Notes: generated by a model from the sequence alone, not told the origin. DNA of 64,000 nt from Bacteroidales bacterium (GCA_045600045.1 JAZRXD010000089.1:5413-69412), one strand, 5' to 3'. Shown: positions 49,001 to 60,121, counted from the first letter of the stretch. Program-made: numbers and translations.

Positions 49001-52000
49001 ATGCTAAATATCTACAAAGCTTCGGCCGGTGCGGGAAAAACGTACACTCTTACGCTTGAGTACATAAAATTGCTGTTCAACGACCCAAAGAATTATCAAA
49101 AAACATTGGCGGTAACATTCACCAACAATGCTTGCGGCGAAATGAAAAACAGAATTTTGAAAGCTTTGTACGATTTGTCTTTCAAAGAAAACGCCAATTA
49201 TATAGCAGAATTACAAAAAGAAAATTATAGCAAAAACGTCATCCGCGAAAAAGCAAAAAGTTTATACAAAGACATTCTTCACAACTACTCGTTTTTCTTC
49301 GTGGAAACAATAGATTCTTTCACTCAAAAAATTATCAGAAATTTTGCGAAAGATTTGGGACTGCCTCCAAAATTCACCTTGGAACTTCGTCAAGACGAAA
49401 TTTTGGAAACTATTATAAAAAATCTGCTTGTTAATTCCATTGACAACGAGGAACTCCACCAAATCTTGGTGAATTTTGCTTTCGACGACATTGAAGAAAA
49501 CAAATCAACCGACATAAAAACAGAGATAAAAAAAGAAAGCAACAAATTCTTTAACGAGCTGTATCAGGAAATCACAAACGTAAATCCAGAATCGGCCATA
49601 AACACCAAGCAATTACAAAACTTTTTCGAAAGTTTAGAAGAAAAAATCAACAACTACCAAAATGATATTTCGACAAAAGCAACTCTAGCTCTTGATTTTA
49701 TTGACAAAGCTGGTTTAACAATAGAAAACGATTTCAAAGGAAAATCCCGAAGTCCTTTATTGGTGCTACGGAAATTAGGGAACAAAGATTTCGGGAAACC
49801 ATTAAAACCGACCGTTTGTGAATTGGACGAGGTTCTCAGCAAAGAAAAAACTTTTGAAATCACAAATCTATACATGCCTAACTTCGTAGCGATTTTACAA
49901 GAAATTGCCGACAGAACTAATCCCCAAAACGACGAAAGAAAAGAAATACGAACCGCCGAAGAATTGTTGAAACACAAACAAGGAATTATTTTATCGCAAT
50001 ACATTCAGCAAGAACTTGATACGTATTGCAAAAACGAAAACACGTTTTTCCTTGCTTTTGCCAACAAATTTCTAAAAACAATAATCAACGACAACGATAC
50101 GCCTTTCGTGTACGAAAAAATCGGTCAATTCATAGAAAACATTATGATTGACGAATTTCAAGACACGTCGAAAATGCAATGGGACAACTTTAAACCAATT
50201 GTCAGCAATCTTTTGGGATTGTCGAAAGATGCTTTGATAATTGGCGATGTGAAACAATCAATCTACCGTTTCCGCAATGGAGATTGGAAATTGTTGCACA
50301 CATTGGATTCCGACAAAGAACTTTCACGCTATGTCAATCAAAAGTCTATTGACAAGAATTACAGAAGTTTACGAAACATCGTTGAATTCAACAATCAATT
50401 TTTTAAAGCATATTCAAAATTTGTAGAAGAAAAATTCAACAACAAATACGAGACAAATCGCGACACGATACAAAAAATCTACGAGAACTGTCATCAAGAT
50501 GTAGCAAAAGAAGACGGCGGTTGCGTTGAAGTGAACATTATCAACGCGAATTGCGAAATGAACAGCAACGACGCACAAATTGAAGTTCAGGAAAAGGTAT
50601 TGGAAAAAGTCGTCTATCTTTTGAGAAACGGACGAAAAGCAGAAGACATTGTTTTTCTATGCTATGAAAATGATGAAATCAGCGAGCTGGTGAACTTTTT
50701 CAACAAGAAGAAAAACGATGAACAATACGCTGATATAAAAGACGCTTTTTCTATTATGAGTAAAGAAGCGCTTGCGTTGAACAAATCTTTGTCAATTCAA
50801 TTTATAACAACGTATTTGCAACGAATGACAACTACAAGCAACAGCGACGCAACATTTCTCAATTCATTTTTAGATTACGCTTATTCATCGCTGCATACAG
50901 GAAAACAACGTCCCGATGCAGAAATTTCACACAACATGTCGCTGTTTGAAACATGCGAGGAAATTATAGAAAAATTTGAATTGGCTTTGCCAACAGAAGT
51001 TCCGTTTTTGACTGATTTTCAAAACATTGTGTACAATTATTCCAAGAACAACAACACAAGCATAACACATTTTTTGGAACATTGGAACGAAATAAAAGAC
51101 AAGACCTATCTACAACAAATACAAACAAGCGGTTGCATGAGCGCATCAACCGTTCATAAATCCAAAGGACTTGAATATCCTGTTGTAATCATGCCACAAT
51201 TCTCAAAAAAACCTAGGCGAACGATTTCTGCTTTGTACAAAACAAACATTGAAGAACTTCCAATCGTTAGTTTGAGTGGCGACCTAAGCGATACAACAAT
51301 AAAAGATGAATACATCAACGAATTATTCAACAACGAAATCGATAATTTGAACGCGCTTTACGTTGCTTGTACTCGTCCACGCGAAGAATTGTACATTTTT
51401 GACAAATGCACAAAAAACGACAAAGCCGCTTTGGAAATTTTTGAAACGATTCTAACACAGATAAACAATGACGGAACGGACAATTTTATCTTCACATTAG
51501 GGAAACCAAAACCGTCACAGGAAAAAGAAGACGTAAAAGCGTGCAATATCACAATGTATCCAATTGCAACTATCGAAGAAGGTGAAACTACAAACGCTAA
51601 ACTTCTTCCCGACAAAAATGCCCGACAATTCATTGAAAGACTTGACCAATCACAAAACGAACGTGAACATGGCTTATTAATGCACAAAATTTTGGAACAC
51701 ATCATTACAATTGACGACGTTGACAAATATGTCAACCAATATTGTCCACCAGAATTATTCTCAGTTGAAGAAAAAGCAGGATTAGCACAAGAATTGAAAA
51801 CGAAATTGAACAATCCAAGAATAATTCATTGGTTCGACAAATCTTGGGATTCAGTTCTAACCGAGCAACCGATTCTTCAACAAAACGGAGAAGAAAAACG
51901 CCCCGACCGAATGCTTATTAAAGGAAAAGATGTGACAATCATTGATTACAAATTCACGAAAGAACAACCAGAAAGCCATATAAAACAAGTGCGAGAATAC

Positions 52001-52081
52001 ATGAATATTCTCGCACAAATGGGATATAATCCTAAAGGATTTGTTTGGTACGTTGAACTTGACGACATTAAAACTGTCTAA
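49001..52081 (+). CDS. addA: UvrD-like ATP-dependent helicase with a C-terminal RecB-type nuclease (AddA-like)
   Basis: ASAGAGKT, DEFQDTS, GDVKQSIYRFR, TVHKSKGLE, YVACTRP and RPDR...IIDYK motifs. Confidence 0.88.
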   Translation: MLNIYKASAGAGKTYTLTLEYIKLLFNDPKNYQKTLAVTFTNNACGEMKNRILKALYDLSFKENANYIAELQKENYSKNVIREKAKSLYKDILHNYSFFFVETIDSFTQKIIRNFAKDLGLPPKFTLELRQDEILETIIKNLLVNSIDNEELHQILVNFAFDDIEENKSTDIKTEIKKESNKFFNELYQEITNVNPESAINTKQLQNFFESLEEKINNYQNDISTKATLALDFIDKAGLTIENDFKGKSRSPLLVLRKLGNKDFGKPLKPTVCELDEVLSKEKTFEITNLYMPNFVAILQEIADRTNPQNDERKEIRTAEELLKHKQGIILSQYIQQELDTYCKNENTFFLAFANKFLKTIINDNDTPFVYEKIGQFIENIMIDEFQDTSKMQWDNFKPIVSNLLGLSKDALIIGDVKQSIYRFRNGDWKLLHTLDSDKELSRYVNQKSIDKNYRSLRNIVEFNNQFFKAYSKFVEEKFNNKYETNRDTIQKIYENCHQDVAKEDGGCVEVNIINANCEMNSNDAQIEVQEKVLEKVVYLLRNGRKAEDIVFLCYENDEISELVNFFNKKKNDEQYADIKDAFSIMSKEALALNKSLSIQFITTYLQRMTTTSNSDATFLNSFLDYAYSSLHTGKQRPDAEISHNMSLFETCEEIIEKFELALPTEVPFLTDFQNIVYNYSKNNNTSITHFLEHWNEIKDKTYLQQIQTSGCMSASTVHKSKGLEYPVVIMPQFSKKPRRTISALYKTNIEELPIVSLSGDLSDTTIKDEYINELFNNEIDNLNALYVACTRPREELYIFDKCTKNDKAALEIFETILTQINNDGTDNFIFTLGKPKPSQEKEDVKACNITMYPIATIEEGETTNAKLLPDKNARQFIERLDQSQNEREHGLLMHKILEHIITIDDVDKYVNQYCPPELFSVEEKAGLAQELKTKLNNPRIIHWFDKSWDSVLTEQPILQQNGEEKRPDRMLIKGKDVTIIDYKFTKEQPESHIKQVREYMNILAQMGYNPKGFVWYVELDDIKTV

Positions 52082-53886
52082 GCGAACAACTTTTCAAGAT
52101 TTTCCTTGTATTGTTTTTCAACAACTTTTCTCTTTACCTTCAACGTTGGAGTTAAAATTCCATTGACAATATTCCATTCTTCAGGAACGAGTTCAAATTT
52201 CTTAATTTGTTCTGTATCACCAAATTGAAGATTGTATTTATCAAATTCACGTTTAAAACGAGCAATAATTGTTTTGTCTTTCACCATTTCAACCGGCGTA
52301 GTGTAAACAACATCGTGACGCGAGCACCACAATTTTAAAAACTCAAAATTCGGAGAGACAATGGCAACAGGAAATTTTTGATTTTCACCAAAAACGACTA
52401 TATTTTCAATGAATGGCGACAAGCCGAATGTACTTTCCAACGTTTGCGGATTCACATATTTACCAAAAGCCGTTTTAAATAACGATTTAATACGACCTGT
52501 TAAAACTAATTGACCACGCTCAGTAAACTTGCCTAAATCGCCTGTATGGAACCAACCATCTTTGTCTATAACTTCGGCAGTTAATTCTGGAGCTTTGTAA
52601 TATCCCAACATTATATTATCGCCACGACAAATAACTTCGCCAGTTTCAGCAATTTTCACCTCAACACCAGGTTGTGGGAAACCAACCGTTCCTGCTTCAC
52701 GCGCATATTTTCCACGTTGGCTTACAGCAATCACAGGAGAAGTTTCTGTCAATCCATAACCTTCGAAAACCGGCATTCCAATCGCTGAAAAGAATGAAAC
52801 CAAATGATTTGGAATTGCAGCTGAACCAGAAACAACTATATCAAAATCGCCGCCTATATTTTCTGCAATTTTATTCAAAACCAATTTACGGGCTATTGCA
52901 CATTTTATATTGTAAAATGTTGATCTATCGCAATCATCTATCTTATACACCTTTGCGACATTGATTGCCCAATAAAACAATTTCTTTTTGAAACCCGACA
53001 ATTTTTTCCCGCTATCATAAATCTTGTCATAGAATTTCTCTAAAATTCTTGGAACCGCCGACATCATTGTTGGAACAACTTCTTTAATATTTTCAGCAAT
53101 TGTTCCTAAATTTTGAACGTAATAAACCGACATTCCTAAATATTGGTACATAAACACCAAAGTTCTTTCATATACGTGGCACAACGGCAAGAAACTCAAC
53201 GCTCTGTTTGACCAAGCCGACGGAGTAACACGTAATCCTAATATTTGAGAAATAAAATTTTTATGCGATAGCATAACTCCTTTTGGCGTTCCTGTTGTTC
53301 CCGAAGTATAAACCATTGAAGCACAATCGTCTGATTGTACAGCGTCTTTGCGTTTTTGCAATGCTTCAGGATTTTGGTTTTGTTTTCCCAATTCTATCAA
53401 TTGATCAAAATATGGATATTCTTTTCTATCTATAAAAGTATAAAAATGTTTTAAAGCTTCAGGCAATTCAGCCTTCACTGCATTGATTTTCTTCATCACT
53501 TCGGCACCCTCCATAAACACAACTTTTGCCTCGCAATGATTCAAAATATATTTGTAATCAGTTTCGCTAATTGTTGGATACACAGGAACCGTTACCGCAC
53601 CGATTTGCATAATTCCCATATCAAGCATATTCCATTCAGGACGATTGGAAGCGACAATTGCAACTTTATCGCCTGCCTGAACTCCCAATGCCATCAAGGC
53701 GTAACTAATATTATTTGCGTATTCTTTATATTCTTGAGGTGAATAAGTAATCCACTTTCCTGTTTGTTTTCCAGCTATTGCGATTGTTTGATCTGGATAA
53801 TTTGATTCATAATTATCAAGAATATCAAACAATCTTGTTGAAGTTTTAATGTTTGTAAAATCTCTCGGAACAAATTTATGTGCCAT
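52078..53886 (-). CDS. fadD: Long-chain fatty acid--CoA ligase
   Basis: YTSGTTGTPKGVMLSH, EGYGLTETSP and GWFHTGDLG motifs. Confidence 0.93.
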   Translation of the reverse strand: MAHKFVPRDFTNIKTSTRLFDILDNYESNYPDQTIAIAGKQTGKWITYSPQEYKEYANNISYALMALGVQAGDKVAIVASNRPEWNMLDMGIMQIGAVTVPVYPTISETDYKYILNHCEAKVVFMEGAEVMKKINAVKAELPEALKHFYTFIDRKEYPYFDQLIELGKQNQNPEALQKRKDAVQSDDCASMVYTSGTTGTPKGVMLSHKNFISQILGLRVTPSAWSNRALSFLPLCHVYERTLVFMYQYLGMSVYYVQNLGTIAENIKEVVPTMMSAVPRILEKFYDKIYDSGKKLSGFKKKLFYWAINVAKVYKIDDCDRSTFYNIKCAIARKLVLNKIAENIGGDFDIVVSGSAAIPNHLVSFFSAIGMPVFEGYGLTETSPVIAVSQRGKYAREAGTVGFPQPGVEVKIAETGEVICRGDNIMLGYYKAPELTAEVIDKDGWFHTGDLGKFTERGQLVLTGRIKSLFKTAFGKYVNPQTLESTFGLSPFIENIVVFGENQKFPVAIVSPNFEFLKLWCSRHDVVYTTPVEMVKDKTIIARFKREFDKYNLQFGDTEQIKKFELVPEEWNIVNGILTPTLKVKRKVVEKQYKENLEKLFA

Positions 53887-54136
53887 ATTTTTAAATTTTA
53901 TTTTTGGCAAAAGTCGGAGGATTTTTTTTATTGGTCAAAAAAATGGTATATGCACCCTACCAAATACGTATTTTTCGATATTTCGGTGTAAAAACCTCAT
54001 TTAAGGGGTGAAATTTCCGAAAACAAAGTACCGTTTTTTCGTCCCTAAGCCATATTCCATATAGTTTAGCAAAAGAAAAACCACGAAACGTATTAACATT
54101 TCGAGAAATACAAAATCATTTCAAATAGAATTCGAT

Positions 54137-54526
54137 TTATTGCAAATGTGCTTCCAAATCAGCTCTCATTTGTCCAACAATAGGAACCGATTTTTGATTT
54201 TTGAAATCAAAATGAACGATAACATTTTTTGATTTTGCACAAAGATTTCCATCTTGCCACAATTCCTGCGTCACGTCAAACGAAGAATTACCCATTCGAC
54301 TAATCCATGTCTTAATTTCGACTGAACTGTGAAAAAATATCTGTTTCAAATAATCAACCTCCATGTGTGCCAAAATCAAATTCCATTTGGAAAAATCCAT
54401 AGTAGGATTCAAAATTCTAAACAACGGAGTTCGAGCTTCTTCAAACCAACATGGCAGAACCGTGTTATTTATATGCCCCAACGCATCGGTATCGGCAACT
54501 CGAGGTGTAATAGTGTACGAAAACAT
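54137..54526 (-). CDS. Acyl-CoA thioesterase (4HBT/YbgC hotdog fold)
   Basis: DTDALGHINN motif, WFEEAR and GNSSF. Confidence 0.9.
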   Translation of the reverse strand: MFSYTITPRVADTDALGHINNTVLPCWFEEARTPLFRILNPTMDFSKWNLILAHMEVDYLKQIFFHSSVEIKTWISRMGNSSFDVTQELWQDGNLCAKSKNVIVHFDFKNQKSVPIVGQMRADLEAHLQ

Positions 54527-54537
54527 AATTTTATTTA

Positions 54538-56196
54538 TTATGGCAAAACTACTTCCATCAATTCATTCAATTGATAAAAGCTATTTTTAGTTGTATCCTG
54601 AAAATCCACAACTATATTACCTTGATAGGAATCGGTTATGGTCATTTCCGCAGATTTTACAATTGACGAATAAGTTTCCAACAATGGCAAAACGGCCATT
54701 TTCGACAAATATTCGCGAGCTTGTGGAGGATAATTTTTAATCGTAAAATCAGCATAATGATAAGAAGCTTTCCCGTGAGCTTTTTCAACCAACCGAGAAA
54801 CAGTTTCGCCTGTCGCATTACTTTCTATTGCCGTCCCCGCCAAAATATTTTTTGCATAATCAATATCAGTTGTGCAAATCAAAGCTTCGTTTGTACAAGC
54901 CACAAATGCCGGGAAACCCATAAAATGAGAAAAATCAAACAATCTAGGTTCAACCTGAACACAAATCTCTTTGGTTATATGACTCAAAACCATATTCGGA
55001 ATATCACTATTATTCAAAGACAAAGCCATCACACAATGAGGGAACGTTGTTTTTTGTTCGTGTTGAAGATGTTTCCACAAAAGTCCAGAACCTTTATATT
55101 CGTATTTTTGTACGAATTCCATTGTTCGAACTTTTTCCAACGTAATGTCATACAATGAAAACACGCAATTTCCAGAAAATGATTTTGCAAAATCCTCGAT
55201 TGTCAAATCCAATTTCGCCAACTCCTCTTCAATATATTTTACATATCCCGAACCTTTCAATTGAGAAAGCAAACGTTCCGGATTGATTGCTAAAGTTGCA
55301 AGCCACAAAGTGTTTTGAGGCAACACACCACAAATCTTATTGTCAAAATCCGTTGTTGTAAATTTATTATTTTTCCAAAAACGCTTAAATGCACGGCTTG
55401 GCGTACAACTTAACGAGGCTTTTATTTGTTTGTCGAATTCAACATTTATATGAATATAATTGTCTCTCAATGCATCTTCAGGAATATTTCTCAACGTCAA
55501 GAATTCCGGCAATTTTGAATACCACAACAAGTAACAATCAATCATTTCGGATGTAGAGAACCACAAACCAATATCATCTTTCACATTTAAAAATTCCACG
55601 AAATCTTTATTCGATGACAAGTTTTTAGCCTTTTTCGAAAAAATATTGTTCACACACTCAACAATTCCTTGAGTATGTATCGTTGAACAACCAAACACGG
55701 CAATTTCGTCGTTATAGGCGACCCACGAAAATCTATCGTTTCTGTTGATGTAGCAAACACAATTATCAACGCCCTCCAACAAGCTATAATTTTCGCTCAT
55801 TACCGAACGAATATAAGCCGAAAAATCCGCAGAATCCTTCAACATTACCGACATACATTTATAGGCATTTTTGAATTCTTGCGAAGGAAGCAAATACGCC
55901 ATAATTGTATTTTCCAAATCCATTCCTGTTTTGCTGGAATCCGTAAAAAATGAATGTATCGCCAAATCCAAAGTTTCGTTTGAAAACCCGTAACTTTTAA
56001 AATAGGCAAGTAATTTTTCGGCCGATTCTGCACCTTTTGCTTCAGATTTTTGCATTACCGAAGGCATATCAACAACGATTACCGAAGCGGCAGATTTGGG
56101 AATATATTCAACTTGCTTTGGAGCCTTTGTACATGCGGAAAACGCCGTAGTTATTACTAATAGCAATAGACCAAGCTGGACTTTTTTCAATTTCAT
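54538..56196 (-). CDS. DUF4836-like lipoprotein
   Basis: Lipobox FSAC and N-terminal YIPKSAASVIVVD. The family name is from recall. Confidence 0.65.
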   Translation of the reverse strand: MKLKKVQLGLLLLVITTAFSACTKAPKQVEYIPKSAASVIVVDMPSVMQKSEAKGAESAEKLLAYFKSYGFSNETLDLAIHSFFTDSSKTGMDLENTIMAYLLPSQEFKNAYKCMSVMLKDSADFSAYIRSVMSENYSLLEGVDNCVCYINRNDRFSWVAYNDEIAVFGCSTIHTQGIVECVNNIFSKKAKNLSSNKDFVEFLNVKDDIGLWFSTSEMIDCYLLWYSKLPEFLTLRNIPEDALRDNYIHINVEFDKQIKASLSCTPSRAFKRFWKNNKFTTTDFDNKICGVLPQNTLWLATLAINPERLLSQLKGSGYVKYIEEELAKLDLTIEDFAKSFSGNCVFSLYDITLEKVRTMEFVQKYEYKGSGLLWKHLQHEQKTTFPHCVMALSLNNSDIPNMVLSHITKEICVQVEPRLFDFSHFMGFPAFVACTNEALICTTDIDYAKNILAGTAIESNATGETVSRLVEKAHGKASYHYADFTIKNYPPQAREYLSKMAVLPLLETYSSIVKSAEMTITDSYQGNIVVDFQDTTKNSFYQLNELMEVVLP

Positions 56197-56349
56197 ACCT
56201 CTGATTTATTTTCACAAATGTAGAAAAAAGACAAATAAAATCCTTCCATAAAAACAACAAATTACAACTCCAAAACTTAATTCTAAAAAACTTTATCGGA
56301 GTAAAAATTTTTCCTAAAAATTCGTTATTTTCGTACGATTAGATTTTCA

Positions 56350-59300
56350 ATGATGCATACACTTATTCAAAAAATCATAGAAATTGGACAAAAAGGAAAA
56401 TCAATACACGTATTGTTGCCAGACATTTGCAACAACATTTCGATTTTTCCCGATGTAATCGGCGTCCTCATTTCTTACAACAACATAAACTATTATAGTT
56501 CTCATTTCACAATCAGCAAAAACGTACAAAACCAAGAACTACGAATAGGCGAAAAAATCGTTGGAAACCTTTCCGTTTATTATCAAGAACAAGTCGAAAA
56601 CAAGCAATTTGAAGAAGCCGATTTGCTGTGTGCGGCATCAATCATTACCGGATTCATTTCGGAAAACAAACTAATTCGTTTAACAAACGATTACCAAAAA
56701 CGCACTTTGGAACTTTCGGCAATAAAAAAAGCCAAGGAAATTATCAATTCCGGGTTGCCGACTGAACGAATTCTTCAAGATATATGCGATATGTTACCGC
56801 AATTTTGGAAATTCTCGGATTGTGCGTGCTGTAGAATCACCTTCGACAACGCAAAATACACTTCACACGGATTTAAGGAATCGACCTGTTCAATGAAAGA
56901 ATCTTTCGTCACGTTCGACAACACAACCGGAACAATAGAAATGTTCTACACGAAAGACGACTACATCGACACCGAAAACTTGTTCATGCCCGAAGAAAGA
57001 GAACTTGCCAACACAATAGGACATTTTCTTTGTCAATACATAAACGACACCAAAGGCCGTTTGCTTTCGAACAACCCGATTGTAAACAACAATCCTACAA
57101 GTAAAGATGAACTCACCCGCGAATCGCTTATCCACAGCGACAAACCGCTACAGAAACTGCTAAACGAACAAACATTCGACAAGTACATTTATTTGGACAT
57201 GATGAAACACAAAGTTTCGCAGATTTTGTTTGTCGCAACAATGTACGACGCGTTTAATCTTGAAAAAGACGACAGTTTCTTTGAACGATTCATGGGACCA
57301 ATTTACCAATATAGTATTTTCTCATTACCGAGAATTATTGGTGTTTCGTCGCACAAGCAAGCCCTTGAGTTACTAAAAACCACCCATTTTGATTTGGTTA
57401 TCCTAATGGTTGGTGCCGATGTGCAAAAACCTCTTTTTTTAAGTGGCAAAATCAGAAAAATAAACACGGAAGTCCCTATATATCTGTTGCTTAATCCTCG
57501 TTCAAACATTGCATATTTCGAAGACATGGTTGCAAAAACAACTTTGTTCAACAAAATATTTGTGTGGAACGGTGATTCACAAATTTTTTTCGCAATGGTA
57601 AAATCTTTGGAAGATCTTGCCAATGCCGAAAACGACACTAAAATCGGACTTGTCCGCACCATGTTGTTGATTGAGGATTCTTCGCAATACTATTCGAAAT
57701 ACCTACCGATTATATTCTCGGTCCTTTTCGACCAAGTGGGAGAACAAATTTCCAACTTCGAATCGAACGAATTGGAAAAACTGTCTAAAATCCGTTCAAG
57801 GCCAAAACTACTTTGGGCAAGAAACTACGAAGAAGCAACATTTTTGTTCAACAAATACAAAGATTTTATGACCTGCGTGATTTCCGATATGGAATTCCAA
57901 CGCAATGGTATTTTAGACAAAAATGCCGGTATAGCATTTATGGAGCGCGTTCGCGAATACAACAAAAACATGCCGATTTTGATTCAATCATCGGAATTGA
58001 AATATTCACAATACGCGAAAGAAATTCATGCGAAATTCGTCAACAAGAAATCCGATATGCTTCTTGACAAAATCAAGAAATTCGTGATGCATAATTTCGG
58101 TTACGGAGATTTCATTTTTAGAAATGGCAAAGGAGAACCTATCGCCAAAGCCCGTAATCTTCGCGAATTCGAGATGTTATTGCGTACAATTCCCGACGAA
58201 TCGTTAAAATATCATGCAGACCAAAACCAATTTTCAATTTGGTTGATGGGACGTGGCGAAATTGAATTGGCTCGACAACTAAATCCCGTAAAATTGTCGG
58301 ATTTAAACAACGATGTTTCAAAATTACGCGAAATGAACAACGTAATTCTTGATGAATATCGCCAAACAAAGAAACGCGGGAAAATTCTTTCGTTTGAAGA
58401 AACCGCAGTTATCGACGAAAAGAACGTCGTTTCGTTGGCAGCTGGTTCATTAGGCGGGAAAGGACGCGGATTGGCATTCGTCAATACACTCATCAACAGC
58501 ATCGACATGAATCCTTATGCCGATCAAATGGCACTTCGAACACCCAAAACTGCCGTAATCGGAACGGAAGAATTCGAGTTGTTCATCAAAAACAATTTTG
58601 CCGGGAAAAACCTATTTTCAAAAGATTTAACCGACGAACAAATTAAAGACATGTTCATCGCAGGCCGACTTTCCGACGATTTAAAAAGAAAATTGGCGAT
58701 TCTTTTGGAACAAATTTCAAAACCTTTGGCTGTCCGTTCTTCAAGTATTTTCGAAGATTCAGCGACACAACCGTTGGCTGGCGTGTTCAGCACATACATT
58801 ATTCCGAACAACGACAAGGATTTGAACAAACGATTAAGTGATTTGCAAACAGCCATAAAATTAGTGTACGCTTCGGTTTTCAGCGACCAAGTAAAAGAAT
58901 TTTACAAATCGACAAGCCACAAAATCGAAGAAGAAAAAATGGCAATTGTAATCCAAGAAGTTGTGGGCGACTACCACGAACAATTCTTCTATCCACACAT
59001 TTGCGGTGTGGCACAATCGTACAACTACTATCCTATCGCACACATGAAACCTGAAGAAGGTTTTGCAGTTTGTGCTGTTGGTCTTGGTTTCTACATTGTT
59101 GATGGAGGAAATGCCTATCGTTTTTCTCCCCACTATCCAAAAGTGGAAATTTTAAGCCCGAAAGATCAAATCAAATCATCGCAAACGCATTTCTACGCAG
59201 TTGATTTTTCAAAAACAAACGTCAATTACAAACGCGATGGCGAACACGCCGCTCTTACACTTTTGCCGATTTCGGAAGCCGAAAAACACAACACGTTGAA

Positions 59301-60117
59301 ACATTGTGCTTCGGTTTATAACGTTGAAAATGATAGAATTGAGCCAGGACTTTCCGGCTATGGTCCTCGCATTATAAACTTTGCAAATATTTTAAAATAC
59401 GACTACGCTCCTCTTGCCGAAATTCTTACACTGATTTTAAATACCGTGCAAGAAGCAATGGGTACGCCGGTGGAAATTGAGTTTGCCGTTGATTTGAACG
59501 AAAACGAAGACGGTGTTCCGTCATTCTATCTTCTTCAAATAAAACCACTTACGGGTAGCTTATTGTCAGAAAACGCTTTCCCGGAAGTATTGAAGTCAGC
59601 TCCACAATTACTCCACACAACAACCAGTATGGGTAATGGATTTATAGAAAACATTTGCGATGCAGTTTACATTGATTTGGAAAAATTCGACAAGCTTCGC
59701 ACTCTCGAAATGGTTGCCGAAATTGAAAAAATCAATAAAGCGATGGTCGAAAAAGGTCGGAAATATCTACTTATCGGACCTGGACGATGGGGAACAAGCG
59801 ATAGATTTTTGGGAATTCCTGTTTTGTGGTCGCAAATATCCAATGCAAAAGTCATTGTGGAAATCAGTTTGTCGAACTTCCCGCTTGACGCATCGCTCGG
59901 CTCGCACTTCTTCCACAACATTTCCACTATGAATATCGGTTATTTTGCCATAGAACACACGAACGAAGAAAATTTCATCAATTGGGACATTTTAAAACGC
60001 CAAAAAGTAGTTGAACAAACAGAATTTTTCGTTCATGTTCAATTTGACAAAAATCTTTGCGTTTATATGCAAGGAAAAGAACGAACTGCTACTATCTTTG
60101 TAAACGAATCCGAATAA
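56350..60117 (+). CDS. Multidomain protein: two GAF-like units, two receiver-like domains, a PEP/pyruvate-binding (PPDK_N) ATP-grasp domain and a C-terminal His-containing domain
   Basis: GGKGRGL, LAVRSSSIFED, AGVFSTY, MAIVIQEVVG, PVEIEFA and LLQIKP ATP-grasp motifs; LLIED..VISD..FVNK receiver; GSHFFHN near the C-terminus. Confidence 0.85.
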   Translation: MMHTLIQKIIEIGQKGKSIHVLLPDICNNISIFPDVIGVLISYNNINYYSSHFTISKNVQNQELRIGEKIVGNLSVYYQEQVENKQFEEADLLCAASIITGFISENKLIRLTNDYQKRTLELSAIKKAKEIINSGLPTERILQDICDMLPQFWKFSDCACCRITFDNAKYTSHGFKESTCSMKESFVTFDNTTGTIEMFYTKDDYIDTENLFMPEERELANTIGHFLCQYINDTKGRLLSNNPIVNNNPTSKDELTRESLIHSDKPLQKLLNEQTFDKYIYLDMMKHKVSQILFVATMYDAFNLEKDDSFFERFMGPIYQYSIFSLPRIIGVSSHKQALELLKTTHFDLVILMVGADVQKPLFLSGKIRKINTEVPIYLLLNPRSNIAYFEDMVAKTTLFNKIFVWNGDSQIFFAMVKSLEDLANAENDTKIGLVRTMLLIEDSSQYYSKYLPIIFSVLFDQVGEQISNFESNELEKLSKIRSRPKLLWARNYEEATFLFNKYKDFMTCVISDMEFQRNGILDKNAGIAFMERVREYNKNMPILIQSSELKYSQYAKEIHAKFVNKKSDMLLDKIKKFVMHNFGYGDFIFRNGKGEPIAKARNLREFEMLLRTIPDESLKYHADQNQFSIWLMGRGEIELARQLNPVKLSDLNNDVSKLREMNNVILDEYRQTKKRGKILSFEETAVIDEKNVVSLAAGSLGGKGRGLAFVNTLINSIDMNPYADQMALRTPKTAVIGTEEFELFIKNNFAGKNLFSKDLTDEQIKDMFIAGRLSDDLKRKLAILLEQISKPLAVRSSSIFEDSATQPLAGVFSTYIIPNNDKDLNKRLSDLQTAIKLVYASVFSDQVKEFYKSTSHKIEEEKMAIVIQEVVGDYHEQFFYPHICGVAQSYNYYPIAHMKPEEGFAVCAVGLGFYIVDGGNAYRFSPHYPKVEILSPKDQIKSSQTHFYAVDFSKTNVNYKRDGEHAALTLLPISEAEKHNTLKHCASVYNVENDRIEPGLSGYGPRIINFANILKYDYAPLAEILTLILNTVQEAMGTPVEIEFAVDLNENEDGVPSFYLLQIKPLTGSLLSENAFPEVLKSAPQLLHTTTSMGNGFIENICDAVYIDLEKFDKLRTLEMVAEIEKINKAMVEKGRKYLLIGPGRWGTSDRFLGIPVLWSQISNAKVIVEISLSNFPLDASLGSHFFHNISTMNIGYFAIEHTNEENFINWDILKRQKVVEQTEFFVHVQFDKNLCVYMQGKERTATIFVNESE

Positions 60118-60121
60118 AAAA

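Noticed and set aside
53943-54060. 10-bp imperfect inverted repeat (ATGGTATATG / CATATTCCAT) as MITE or invertible-promoter ends
   Set aside because: It is too short and AT-rich, with no target duplication, no second copy and no invertase nearby.
56350-60117. Annotation as an ordinary PEP synthase (ppsA) or PPDK
   Set aside because: The C-terminal PEP/pyruvate-binding barrel is absent and regulatory domains are fused, so no gene symbol was assigned.
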